Assembly (NCBI GenBank): GCA_963775425.1
Contig: CAVZJB010000001.1
Span: forward strand, 1-64,000
DNA: 64,000 nt
Reading direction: 5' to 3'
Source of the DNA: an uncultured delta proteobacterium
GTDB taxonomy: Bacteria; Myxococcota; UBA727; VGSZ01
The notes beneath the pieces are model-generated. The model ran no database searches, was not told the origin of the DNA, and saw only the letters and a program-made list of their open reading frames with translations. Positions 1-10,151 of this stretch are shown here, piece after piece; within the stretch, counting starts at the first letter, position 1, and each line of letters opens with the position of its first letter. Position numbers and translations under genes: made by a program.

Positions 1-21
1 CGCGCCCGGAGAGATTCGAAC
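1..21 (-). other. 3' fragment of a tRNA-like sequence (T-loop plus 3' acceptor strand, tRNA-Arg-like); not an intact tRNA
   Basis: Minus strand reads GTTCGAATCTCTCCGGGCGCG up to the window edge. The upstream bases (TCGGG) cannot pair with CTCTC and no D or anticodon arm is visible. Confidence 0.4.
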
Positions 22-414
22 CCGAAGGTGTCGTCGAACGGGGTCGGCCCAACGATGCGACGCCGGGGAGCGGGCGCCGCAGGACGGCGGCGGAGGCTCC
101 CGCAGCGCCTCGCGCTGTGGACCGGTCGAGGAATTCCGCGGAGTGCCCCTTGTACGCGTGGCGCGAGGAGAGCCGGAGTCGCCGGCCAAGGCGTGCGCGG
201 TCCGTGGAGAAGAGGGGGACGCCGAGACCGAGGGTCTTTCGCGGAAGGAGCGCCGCCGGCGGGGACGGCGGCGAGGTCCTTCCCCGTAGGGCGCCCGCCA
301 CCGGCACCTTGGCGGCATTGCTCGCGCCCAATTTCGGCGCGAAGAGAACCTGGGCGCCCGGAGGGGAAGGGCCTCGCCGCCGGACCAGGCGGCGCGGCCC
401 GCCCCTCCCGGGAA

Positions 415-1266
415 CTACGACGAGGCCGCCGCGCCCGCGACGGCGGCGGCCATGGCGAGGGCATGGCCGCCGAAGGACACGATCCACGGCATCGTCGAGC
501 GCGTCCCCGCGACGGCGTTGGCGCCCACGGCGATGAGCACGCACGACCACAGCTCGAAAAAGTCGAGGCCGTGCAGCGCCGCGCCGGTGACGGAGTGCGC
601 CGTCTGTATGCCGAGCCAGGCGGCAGGGTTCGACAGCACCGGGTTCTGCGCGTCGATCGTCGACACGTCCTTCACGAGGTAGGTCAGCGCCGCGAGCACG
701 TCGTGCACCGCCGACGGCGCCATGGCCAACGCCACCGCACCGACGACGGGCGCGAGCTTCAATTCCGGTCGCGTCCCACGCAGAAGCCCGAAGCACAGCG
801 CCGCCGCCAGGATGATCCACGCGCCGCGCTTCACCACCGCGCCCACCGGGAGCGCCACCTTCATCGCCTTCGCGCCCATCGAGATGATCTCCGCGCGCTT
901 GTCGGCGGGCACCTGGTCCATCTTGCCGGACCGCTTCATCTCGCGCTCGACGACGGCGGCGACGTCGCCGCGCGCGAGGTACGTGAGCGGCGGCAGCAGC
1001 GAAAACGCGAGCATCACCCCGAGCATCAACGCCGCCATGGGCTTTCGCGCAACGCTCTGAAACGCGGCCCGCGGCTTCAAGAACACGAGGAGGCGCGGCG
1101 CCGGCGCCGGCTGCCCCGTGCGGCGCAGCGTCCCCGACGCGAGCGCGCTCTGCGGCGGGCTCGCGGGCGGCGCGGCCGACGACGGGCTCGCAGGGCTCGC
1201 CGGCGCGGCCGGTTGCGTCGTGGGGGTCTGTGCAGGGGCCGGGGGTTCCGCGGGGTCGGTCGGCAT
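415..1266 (-). CDS. YIP1-family integral membrane protein
   Basis: ATG at 1266 (MPTDPAEPP...). Pro/Ala-rich N-terminus, FLKPRAAFQSVARKP motif, several hydrophobic helices, LDFFELW near the C-terminus. Confidence 0.7.
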   Translation of the reverse strand: MPTDPAEPPAPAQTPTTQPAAPASPASPSSAAPPASPPQSALASGTLRRTGQPAPAPRLLVFLKPRAAFQSVARKPMAALMLGVMLAFSLLPPLTYLARGDVAAVVEREMKRSGKMDQVPADKRAEIISMGAKAMKVALPVGAVVKRGAWIILAAALCFGLLRGTRPELKLAPVVGAVALAMAPSAVHDVLAALTYLVKDVSTIDAQNPVLSNPAAWLGIQTAHSVTGAALHGLDFFELWSCVLIAVGANAVAGTRSTMPWIVSFGGHALAMAAAVAGAAASS

Positions 1267-1276
1267 GCCCGCGGTG

Positions 1277-1879
1277 CTACAACCGCCCGAGCAGCGCGTC
1301 GAGGCGCTCCTTGGCCCGCTGCACCTGCAGATCTGCGGCGCCGGCCACGCGCGGCTCCACGACGTGGCGGGCGTCGTCCTCGGGCGCGGTGGCCTCCACC
1401 GGCGCGCGCGCCGTCGCCTTGGGCGCCGGGGGCGCGGGCCGGGCGGCAGGCTTGGACGGCGGATCCACGCGCGGCACGTCGCGGTCGAGGACGCGGTCGA
1501 CCATCTTGTGCCAGACGTCGACGACGGTGACCTCGCCGAGCTTGACGTTGCCCACCAGCGACGCGGCGACGTCGACGACGAGCACGGCGAAGAAGCCGAT
1601 GCACACCATGGCGCCCGCCAGCAGCACGAGCTTGGCGGCGCGCTTGAGCGCCCCCGCCGCCGGAGCGCCGCGCCCCTTGCCGGCCGAAGCGCGGCCTCCC
1701 GAGGCGCGGCCTCCCGAACAAGCGCGGCCGCTCGAAGCACGCCCGCCCTTGCCGCCGCCTCGCGACGAGCGCGCGGCCTTGTCGCGCGCGTCGTCGCGCG
1801 ACAGCGACCTGGGCTTTGGCCTCCGCCGCGCAGCGACGAGCGCCGCGCCCCCGGAGTCTGCGTGTCCCGCACGGGCCAT
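1277..1879 (-). CDS. Hypothetical single-pass membrane protein with a basic Gly/Arg-rich N-terminus
   Basis: Ends 10 nt before the YIP1 gene start. One TM segment (LVLLAGAMVCIGFFAVLVV) and a helical C-terminus. Start uncertain. Confidence 0.55.
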   Translation of the reverse strand: MARAGHADSGGAALVAARRRPKPRSLSRDDARDKAARSSRGGGKGGRASSGRACSGGRASGGRASAGKGRGAPAAGALKRAAKLVLLAGAMVCIGFFAVLVVDVAASLVGNVKLGEVTVVDVWHKMVDRVLDRDVPRVDPPSKPAARPAPPAPKATARAPVEATAPEDDARHVVEPRVAGAADLQVQRAKERLDALLGRL

Positions 1880-1936
1880 ACCCGAGACGCTAGGGGACGC
1901 GTGGCGACCTCTCCAGTTTTCGGCCATGCTCGGGGC

Positions 1937-2290
1937 GTGAGCGTGCTCGATCGCTTCTCGCAGGTGGTGAAGTCGGAGTGGAGCCACCGCTTCGGCAAGA
2001 AGAACGGCGAGGCCCCCGCCCCCGCGCGCGACGGCGGCGGCGGCCCCGGCCGCGCCACCGCCCCCCACCGTCCCGCTGTCGTCGACGTCGACGGCGCCCT
2101 GCGGGTCCTCGAGCTGTCGGGCACGCCCACGCTCGCCGAAGTGCGCGCGCGCTACCAGGAGCTCTCCCGCCGCTACTACCCCAAGACGCGGAGCGCCCGC
2201 GACGACGAGGCGCACGCCGCCCGGGTCGTCGTCGGCGCGCTCACCGACGCGCTCGAGCTGCTCGAAGAGCACCTCCTGCCGCTCGCATGA
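1937..2290 (+). CDS. Small J-domain-like protein lacking the HPD motif
   Basis: ALRVLELSGTPTLAEVRARYQELSRRYYPK matches the J-domain helix I-II pattern. Stop overlaps the next ATG (ATGA). Confidence 0.6.
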   Translation: MSVLDRFSQVVKSEWSHRFGKKNGEAPAPARDGGGGPGRATAPHRPAVVDVDGALRVLELSGTPTLAEVRARYQELSRRYYPKTRSARDDEAHAARVVVGALTDALELLEEHLLPLA

Positions 2291-3447
2291 TCTTCCTCGT
2301 CGCCGCCCTCGCCCTCTGCGGCGAGCCCCCGCCGCTCGGTCCCGCGCCGCTCGCGACCGCCGGCGCCGCGAGCACCAGCGACCCCGACGACGCGAGCGCC
2401 GGTGCGACGACGAGCGACGAGGGCGAGACCCACGTCGACGGCACCGCCGCCGCCTGGCTCGAGCTCGACACCAACGCCAAGCGCCTGCCCTCCGGCGCCA
2501 TCGGCGGCGACGACGGCCACCTCGAGCCCCCGCTCGGGCCGCCCGCCGAAGAGCCGTCGCCCGACGGCCTCGTGCGCGCCGAGGGCGCGGTGTCGGCGTC
2601 GGTCAAGCGCGGCTCGGTGCTCGTGCGCTCCGACGACGCCCTCGGCTTCAAGGGCTTCTTCACGCAGTCGAGCGAGGACATGCTCGTGGTGCAGTCGCGG
2701 GACACGGTGTCGGCGCCCGTCTGGTCCGACGCCGTGCTCTCGCTCTCGCTCTTCGGCAAGGGGCGCGCGCAGCTCTCGGGCGTGCGCACCTACGGCGTCG
2801 TCGACGGCGCCGCGCTCGTGCAAAAGCCCCTGCTCCGCTGGCTCTCCGTGCGCGCCGGCGTCGACGGCCAGGCGTTTCACTCGTTCGACGTGCCGCTGTT
2901 TTCGTCGGCGGGCGGCGGCGTGCTCGCCGGCGCGGAGGCGCGCGCGGGGCCGGAGAGCCTCGATCTCCTCGTCGACGCGGGCGGCCGCGGCTTTCCGTTC
3001 GCCTCCAAGAACCTCGAAGACCCCGGGGATCCCGAGCGGCGCACCGACGGTGTCGTCGTCGCCACGCTCCAGGCCACGAGCGCCCGCCGGCTCTTTTTGT
3101 CCGCGGGCTACACGCTGTGGCGCAACGCGAGCAACGCGCGCGGCGAGAGCTTCTTGCGCCACCGGCTCTCGGCGGTGGTGGGCTTTCGCCTGCCCGCGCA
3201 GCTCACGTGCACCGCGCAGGGCACGCTGCAGATCACGCAGTACGACGACGGCGTCTCCGTCGGCCAGATCTACTTCCTCGGCGACGACGAGGAGAGCCAG
3301 AACATCCTCGAGGTCACGCTCTCGCGCCCGCTCATCGGCCCGCTCTCCGCCGTCGCCCGCGTGGCGTTCACCGGCAACGAGCTGGCGGTCGAGGGCGCGC
3401 GCTTCTCGCGCGAGACCGCCGCCCTCGGCCTCCAGGCGACGTACTGA
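2287..3447 (+). CDS. Putative outer-membrane beta-barrel protein
   Basis: Signal peptide MIFLVAALALC, alternating amphipathic beta-strands, C-terminal aromatic beta-signal (LGLQATY). Confidence 0.65.
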   Translation: MIFLVAALALCGEPPPLGPAPLATAGAASTSDPDDASAGATTSDEGETHVDGTAAAWLELDTNAKRLPSGAIGGDDGHLEPPLGPPAEEPSPDGLVRAEGAVSASVKRGSVLVRSDDALGFKGFFTQSSEDMLVVQSRDTVSAPVWSDAVLSLSLFGKGRAQLSGVRTYGVVDGAALVQKPLLRWLSVRAGVDGQAFHSFDVPLFSSAGGGVLAGAEARAGPESLDLLVDAGGRGFPFASKNLEDPGDPERRTDGVVVATLQATSARRLFLSAGYTLWRNASNARGESFLRHRLSAVVGFRLPAQLTCTAQGTLQITQYDDGVSVGQIYFLGDDEESQNILEVTLSRPLIGPLSAVARVAFTGNELAVEGARFSRETAALGLQATY

Positions 3448-5316
3448 ATGGACGCCCGCGACGCGCCCTGGGGCCCCCGACCGGTCGAGGTCGCGCGCGA
3501 GCTCGCCGTCGCCGACGAGGCCCTCGCCGGCGGCGACAAGAAGCACGCGGCACGGCACGCCGCGGCCGCCCTCGCGCTCGACCCCGACGACGAGCGCGCG
3601 CTCGCGTTCGTGGACAAGCTCCTCGACGAAAAGCCCGGCTTCGTCTCGCGCCTGTTGAACAAGGCGCCGCCGCTGGCGCCGCTGTTTCCCGACGACGGCT
3701 GGTACGGCCACGTCGCCGTACGCGCGCGTGCGCTCTACAAGCGCGGCGACCTCGGCGGCGCGCTGTCGCACGTCGCGCAGCTCGCGGTGGCGGTGCCGCA
3801 CGTGCGCTACCACGGCTGGCTCGCGGACATCGTCGACGACGCCGCCCGCGCCGGCGACGCGCTCGACCCGAGCTTCGTCTTCACCGCGTTCAGCACGCTC
3901 GGCGGTCCGTTCATCGGGCTGCTGCACCTGCGCGCCGGCGAGCGCGCGTTCTTCGCCCCGTGGGCGGACGCGTGCCTGCGCTTGTTGTCGACCCACGTCG
4001 ACGCCGAGACCGCGTACGCGCCGGTGCTCGCTTTGGTGACGTCGGGCTTTTGCCGCCGCGCCGGGCGGTACGAGGACGCGGCGAAGACGGCCCGGCTTGG
4101 GCTCGAGCTCGGCGCCGGCGAGAACGCGGGCATCCAGCTCGGCCTGGCGCTGCGCGCGCAGGGGGCGTTCGACGACTCCGCGGCGCTGTTTTTGGAGCTG
4201 GCGATGGCGCACGACGACGTGCGCCACCGAATGGAGGCGGCGCGGGCGCGCTACGACCAGGGGCGCTTCGACGAGGCGCTGGCGCTGTTCGAGGAGGGAG
4301 ACGCGCGCGATCCCGAGATCGCGCTGGCGCGGGCGGCGTGCCGAAGGGCCGCGGGCGCGCGCGACGTCGACGCCGACGAGGGCCGGGTCGGGGTGGCCAC
4401 GCTCGACGTCCTCTTTCCCGACGGCGCGCCCTCTTTCGACGACATCCGCCGCGTGCTCTGCGGCGACGGCAGCGAGATCGAGATGCGCGACGCGTCCTCC
4501 AACGTCGTCCGCAGCGCCCTCGAGAAGCTCGGCGCGTCGTCGAGCGGGCTCGCGGGGACAACGCTGTCGTTGCGGGTGACTTGCCTCGAGAGCCCGTCGG
4601 TGCCGGTGATGCTCGCGTGCGCGCTGGCGCGACCCATCGCCGCGCTCGAGTACGCGTTCGACGCGCGACCCGCGCGGGATCCGTCGCTGCCGCTCGCCGA
4701 CGACGGCGCGGCGCTGTGGAAGACCGGCGCCACCCTCGCCGAGCCGGCGCTGCCGCCGCCGCCCGCCGCGGTGCAGGCGCTCGTCGACGAGGTCGCCGCG
4801 CTCGCCGGGCACGCGGGCGGTCCGGCGCCCGGCCTGCACAGCGCGTCGCCGGCCATGTCCGTCTTGTGGGCGCGCGCCCGGAGCGCCGCCGTCGACGACG
4901 TCGACCCCGAGCACCTGCTGGCCGCCATGCTGCACCCGCCGCCGGTGCCGCCGGGGCTGCCGCCCGACGCGCACGTGTTCGGGCGCCAGCGCGCGGCGGC
5001 GCTGCTGCTCGCGGCGCACCAGCGGCAGCAGCCGTGGCCGGCGTCGACGCGCCGCGAGAGCCTGCGCCGCCTGGTGCTGGGGCCGCCGGACTGGACCACG
5101 GCCGCGGCGCTTGTGGCGCTCACCGAGGTGTTGCTCGACGAGCCCGACGCCGCCGTCGACGCCCGCGCCTGGCTCGACGTCCTCGCGGCAGGCGCGCCCG
5201 AGACCGGTCACTGCCCGTGGGCCGCGCCGCTCGCGCACCTCGTCGACCGCGTGCCCTTCGTCCGCCGCGAGCTCAAAGAGTCCGTCGCCGAATGGCTGAA
5301 GCCCGCGCCCCCGTGA
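3448..5316 (+). CDS. Tetratricopeptide-repeat protein
   Basis: TPR-like units (ALALDPDDERA; LGLALRAQGAFDDSAALF; ARYDQGRFDEALALFEE). Abuts the previous stop codon. Confidence 0.65.
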   Translation: MDARDAPWGPRPVEVARELAVADEALAGGDKKHAARHAAAALALDPDDERALAFVDKLLDEKPGFVSRLLNKAPPLAPLFPDDGWYGHVAVRARALYKRGDLGGALSHVAQLAVAVPHVRYHGWLADIVDDAARAGDALDPSFVFTAFSTLGGPFIGLLHLRAGERAFFAPWADACLRLLSTHVDAETAYAPVLALVTSGFCRRAGRYEDAAKTARLGLELGAGENAGIQLGLALRAQGAFDDSAALFLELAMAHDDVRHRMEAARARYDQGRFDEALALFEEGDARDPEIALARAACRRAAGARDVDADEGRVGVATLDVLFPDGAPSFDDIRRVLCGDGSEIEMRDASSNVVRSALEKLGASSSGLAGTTLSLRVTCLESPSVPVMLACALARPIAALEYAFDARPARDPSLPLADDGAALWKTGATLAEPALPPPPAAVQALVDEVAALAGHAGGPAPGLHSASPAMSVLWARARSAAVDDVDPEHLLAAMLHPPPVPPGLPPDAHVFGRQRAAALLLAAHQRQQPWPASTRRESLRRLVLGPPDWTTAAALVALTEVLLDEPDAAVDARAWLDVLAAGAPETGHCPWAAPLAHLVDRVPFVRRELKESVAEWLKPAPP

Positions 5317-5444
5317 AGCTCACCGGCGCGGACGCGAGGTTGTCGTCACGCCGCGGGGCTCATCAGAGGCTGACGCGCAACGTGATCCATCGGGATCCGC
5401 GACGAGGGCTGGCCCGATGGACCGTTGATCCGAGCCACCCGGAA

Positions 5445-5545
5445 GGGGACGGTGCTACGGCCACACGGCGGAGCGGAAAGGAGCTCCGAGCTCGGCGACA
5501 AAGACGCGCGCCGAGTTGAGCCGGGGCGCCGAGCTCTCCGCTCCT
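5445..5545 (-). repeat. Palindromic intergenic repeat, module B, copy 1
   Basis: Reverse complement of 28753-28855 with one substitution and a 2-nt indel. Internal inverted arms GCGGAAAGGAGC...GCTCCTTTCCGC. Confidence 0.9.
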
Positions 5546-5630
5546 TTCCGCCCCGGCGGTGGCGACGTTGTCTAGCATTCGCTGATTCCGAGCGCCCAAG
5601 CTGAAGACCCAGGCCGCGCCGACGTCGCAT

Positions 5631-5757
5631 CGAGGCACGTCGGCGCGCACACGACCCGCACGAACCCGCCACGTGCGCTGATAGCGGGATCACAACACCG
5701 CTCGGACCCGCCGTTTCCTCACAACCTGCAGCGGTTCTTGCGCGCCGACGTGCCTCG
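5631..5757. repeat. Perfect 19-bp inverted repeat pair (5631-5649 and 5739-5757)
   Basis: CGAGGCACGTCGGCGCGCA and its reverse complement TGCGCGCCGACGTGCCTCG, separated by 89 nt. Confidence 0.85.
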
Positions 5758-5834
5758 CCACGTACTCCGCGCGGCGAGCCACCTTGTGGGCGGCTTCGCC
5801 GAGTGCTGCTACGAGCCTCGTTTTTCGTCAGCTT

Positions 5835-5837
<3 letters not shown>
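5757..5837 (-). repeat. Stop-codon-anchored structured repeat, module A, copy 1 (after dnaK)
   Basis: TGA-AAGCTGACGAAAAACGAG followed by a 56-nt core identical to 28683-28738 and 63002-63057. Confidence 0.92.
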
Positions 5838-7676
<1,839 letters not shown>

Positions 7677-7690
7677 CGCGTCTTTCTACC

Positions 7691-8368
7691 TCAGTTCCCT
7701 GATTCCGCGGGCGGTCCCGACGACACGATCACGAGCGCCGGCCGCAGCAGCCGGTCGTGGAGCATGTAGCCGCGCTGGTACTCCTCGGCGACGATCTGCG
7801 CCGGCACGGTGTCGTCCGGGCGCGAGCCGACGGCCTCGTGCCTGCTCGGGTCGAAGGGCTCCCCGAGAGAGGCGAAGCCGACGGCCCCCAGCTTGGCGAG
7901 GACGTCCTCGAATTGCTTGGCGACCAGGCGCACCCCCTCGTCGGCGCCGGCGGCGATCGCCCGCTGCATGTTGTCGAGGACGGGGAGCATCTCCTTGAAG
8001 ACGCCCTCGTTGGCGAACTTGATGGCGTCCGCCTTCTCCCGGTTGACGCGCTTTTTGAAGTTGTCGAAGTCGGCGGAGACGCGCGCGAGGCGGTCGTAGA
8101 GGTCCTTCGCCTCCTTTTGCGTCTGCGCGAGGACCTCCTGCATCTCCTGCTTCGCTTTCAGCGTGGCCTCCAGCAGCACGTCGGAGGGCGACTTCTTCGC
8201 GGGCGCCGGCTTGGCGGTCTCGCTCGAGTCGTCGAGGATGGGCACGTCTTCCTCGGCCCGTGCACCCGCGTTGCCCGCATTGCCCGCGTGCTCGCGCTCG
8301 AGCCGCTCGACGCTCTCGAGCGCCTCGCGGATGGCGCGGTCGGCGGCGCTCTCGTTCTGCTCCGTCAT
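7691..8368 (-). CDS. grpE: Nucleotide exchange factor GrpE
   Basis: ADFDNFKKR, LPVLDNMQRA, FDPSRHEAV, QRGYMLHDRLLRPALVIV. Directly upstream of dnaK. Confidence 0.95.
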   Translation of the reverse strand: MTEQNESAADRAIREALESVERLEREHAGNAGNAGARAEEDVPILDDSSETAKPAPAKKSPSDVLLEATLKAKQEMQEVLAQTQKEAKDLYDRLARVSADFDNFKKRVNREKADAIKFANEGVFKEMLPVLDNMQRAIAAGADEGVRLVAKQFEDVLAKLGAVGFASLGEPFDPSRHEAVGSRPDDTVPAQIVAEEYQRGYMLHDRLLRPALVIVSSGPPAESGN

Positions 8369-8393
8369 CGCCCTCTCCGATCCGGGTTCCAAA

Positions 8394-9401
8394 CTACCCC
8401 TGAAGAGTCTTTGTAACCACCTGCGCCGTCAAGTCGACGAGGGGGACGATGCGGGCGTAGTCGAGGTGCCGCGGGCCGATGACCCCCAGGACGCCGAGGG
8501 CGCCCCCCTGGCCGAGGGACGCCGTGACGAGGCCCCGTTCGTACAGGGCCGCGGCGGGGTTCTCCTCCCCGATGAAGATGCGGATGCCCGGCGCACGCGC
8601 GGCCTGCTCGAGGATGGCCTTGACGCGGGCGCCCTCCTCCAGGAGCGCCAGCAGCTCCCGCGTGCGCTCGACGTTGGCGTCCTCGAGCAGGTGCGCCGCG
8701 CCCTCCACGTGGACCTCGGGCTCCTGCTGCGCGGCCATGGCCCGCACCACCCGCTTTTCGAGCGCGTCGAGGTCCCGCACCAGGACGTCGCCGGCCTCCT
8801 CGAGGGTGCGCCCCTGAACGAGCTCGGTGAGGCGCCGGGCGGACCGCTCGAGCGACGGCGCGTCGGGGGCGCGCTCGATGAGGTCGCCGCGCCACTCGAG
8901 GAGCCGGTTTTGCACCTTGCCCTCGGCGGTGACGAGGATCAGGAGCACCGCGTCGTCACGCAGCCGGACGAGCTCGACGTGGCGCAGCCGGCTGTGCTCC
9001 GGACGGGAAGAGACGATGAGCGTGGTGTGGCGCGACAGGCGCATCAGCACCTTGCTGGCCTCGCGCAACGCGACGTCGGCGGCGCCGGCCTCGGCGATGC
9101 GCCCGGCGATCTCCCCGCGCACGTCGTCGCCGGGCTGCTGCAGGCGCAGGAGGCTGTCGACGTAGTAGCGCAGCCCGCGGTCCGTGGGGACGCGGCCGGC
9201 GGAGGTGTGCGGCTGCTCGATGAGCCCCTTTTCGTGGAGCGCGGCGAGCACGTTGCGGATGGTCGCCGACGACACGCCGATCTCGGTCATCTGCGACAGC
9301 GCCTTGCTGCCCACGGGCTCCGCCGTCTGGATATGGGCGTCCACCAACGCCTGCAGCACCTGGCGCTCGCGCTCGCTGAGCGGCTCCTCGACCGGGTCCA
9401 T
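8394..9401 (-). CDS. hrcA: Heat-inducible transcriptional repressor HrcA
   Basis: TAEPVGSKAL, VSSATIRN, QPHTSAGRVPTDRGLRYYVD, GVLGVIGP..LDY. Synteny hrcA-grpE-dnaK. Confidence 0.95.
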   Translation of the reverse strand: MDPVEEPLSERERQVLQALVDAHIQTAEPVGSKALSQMTEIGVSSATIRNVLAALHEKGLIEQPHTSAGRVPTDRGLRYYVDSLLRLQQPGDDVRGEIAGRIAEAGAADVALREASKVLMRLSRHTTLIVSSRPEHSRLRHVELVRLRDDAVLLILVTAEGKVQNRLLEWRGDLIERAPDAPSLERSARRLTELVQGRTLEEAGDVLVRDLDALEKRVVRAMAAQQEPEVHVEGAAHLLEDANVERTRELLALLEEGARVKAILEQAARAPGIRIFIGEENPAAALYERGLVTASLGQGGALGVLGVIGPRHLDYARIVPLVDLTAQVVTKTLQG

Positions 9402-9411
9402 GCCGATGGAT

Positions 9412-9771
9412 CTACTCCAGCCGGGCCTTGAGGGCCACGAGGGCCGCCGCCACCTCGGATTCCAGGCGATCCGCGTCCGCGTCCGCCGCCACGTTGCCCT
9501 CGATGCGGGCCGCCAGGGCGGCCACCCGGCGCGCGCCGACGTTCCCGGCGCTCCCCTTGAGCGCATGTGCGGCGTTTCGCCGCTCCTCGACGTCGCCGGC
9601 GGCGAGCGCCGCGCGTATGGCGGCGATGCGCACGACGCTGTCCCGCTCGAACAGCGTCAACAGCTCGCCCAGCACGTCCTCGCCGGGCCTGGCGACCTGA
9701 TCGCGCAGCGTCAGCAGGCGGGCGACGACGACGTCATCGACCACGGGAAATTCCGAACCGTCTCCGCTCAC
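9412..9771 (-). CDS. Stand-alone Hpt (histidine phosphotransfer) protein
   Basis: AAHALKGSAGNVGA Hpt signature, ~119 aa. Confidence 0.85.
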   Translation of the reverse strand: MSGDGSEFPVVDDVVVARLLTLRDQVARPGEDVLGELLTLFERDSVVRIAAIRAALAAGDVEERRNAAHALKGSAGNVGARRVAALAARIEGNVAADADADRLESEVAAALVALKARLE

Positions 9772-9946
9772 GCGCCGCGCCTCCCGCCCTGTCCCCGCTC
9801 CGATCAAATGCATCGGCGATCCGACGGGGCTTCGAAAAGGGGCTGTCCCAAACTTTTCTGGATTTTTTGTCGGGCTGTGACATACGGTTCGCCCACCCGG
9901 CCGGAGTGGCCTGGGTTCGACCGTTATTCAATGGCCACTTGGCCCG

Positions 9947-9953
9947 TAAGGAG
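9947..9953 (+). promoter_or_regulatory. Strong Shine-Dalgarno site for the 39-aa microprotein
   Basis: TAAGGAG, 8 nt upstream of ATG 9962. Preceded by an AT-richer divergent intergenic tract (~9830-9935). Confidence 0.75.
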
Positions 9954-9961
9954 ACCCTGCA

Positions 9962-10081
9962 ATGAAGAAGATTGTGGTGCAGATCGTCGCCGTCCTTTCG
10001 CTCGCCGCCGTGCTCGGTGGCGTCGCGCTGACCCAGGCTGCCTGCGAAGGCGAGGGTGAGGGCGAAGGCGAGGGCGAGTGA
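9962..10081 (+). CDS. 39-aa secreted or lipoprotein microprotein: signal peptide plus C-(EG)5-E
   Basis: Translated by hand as MKKIVVQIVAVLSLAAVLGGVALTQAACEGEGEGEGEGE*. Strong RBS and downstream hairpins. Below the ORF-track length cut-off. Confidence 0.8.
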   Translation: MKKIVVQIVAVLSLAAVLGGVALTQAACEGEGEGEGEGE

Positions 10082-10088
10082 TCGCGCT

Positions 10089-10140
10089 CTTCACGTTGTC
10101 GTGAAGCGAAGAGGCGGGCCGACGGTCCGCCTCTTTCGTT
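10089..10140 (+). terminator. Tandem hairpins after the microprotein (terminator or 3' stabiliser)
   Basis: CTTCACG-TTGT-CGTGAAG (10089-10106) and AAGAGGCGGGCC-GAC-GGTCCGCCTCTT (10109-10135), followed by TCGTT. Confidence 0.65.
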
Positions 10141-10151
10141 GCGCCGTGCGC

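Noticed and set aside
1-90. Intact tRNA gene
   Set aside because: Only the T-loop and 3' strand are present; no cloverleaf can be formed.
5790-5812. GCAGCACTC in module A as a CIRCE half-site near hrcA/dnaK
   Set aside because: The second half (GAGTGCTAA at N9) is absent, it lies downstream of dnaK, and it also occurs after unrelated genes.
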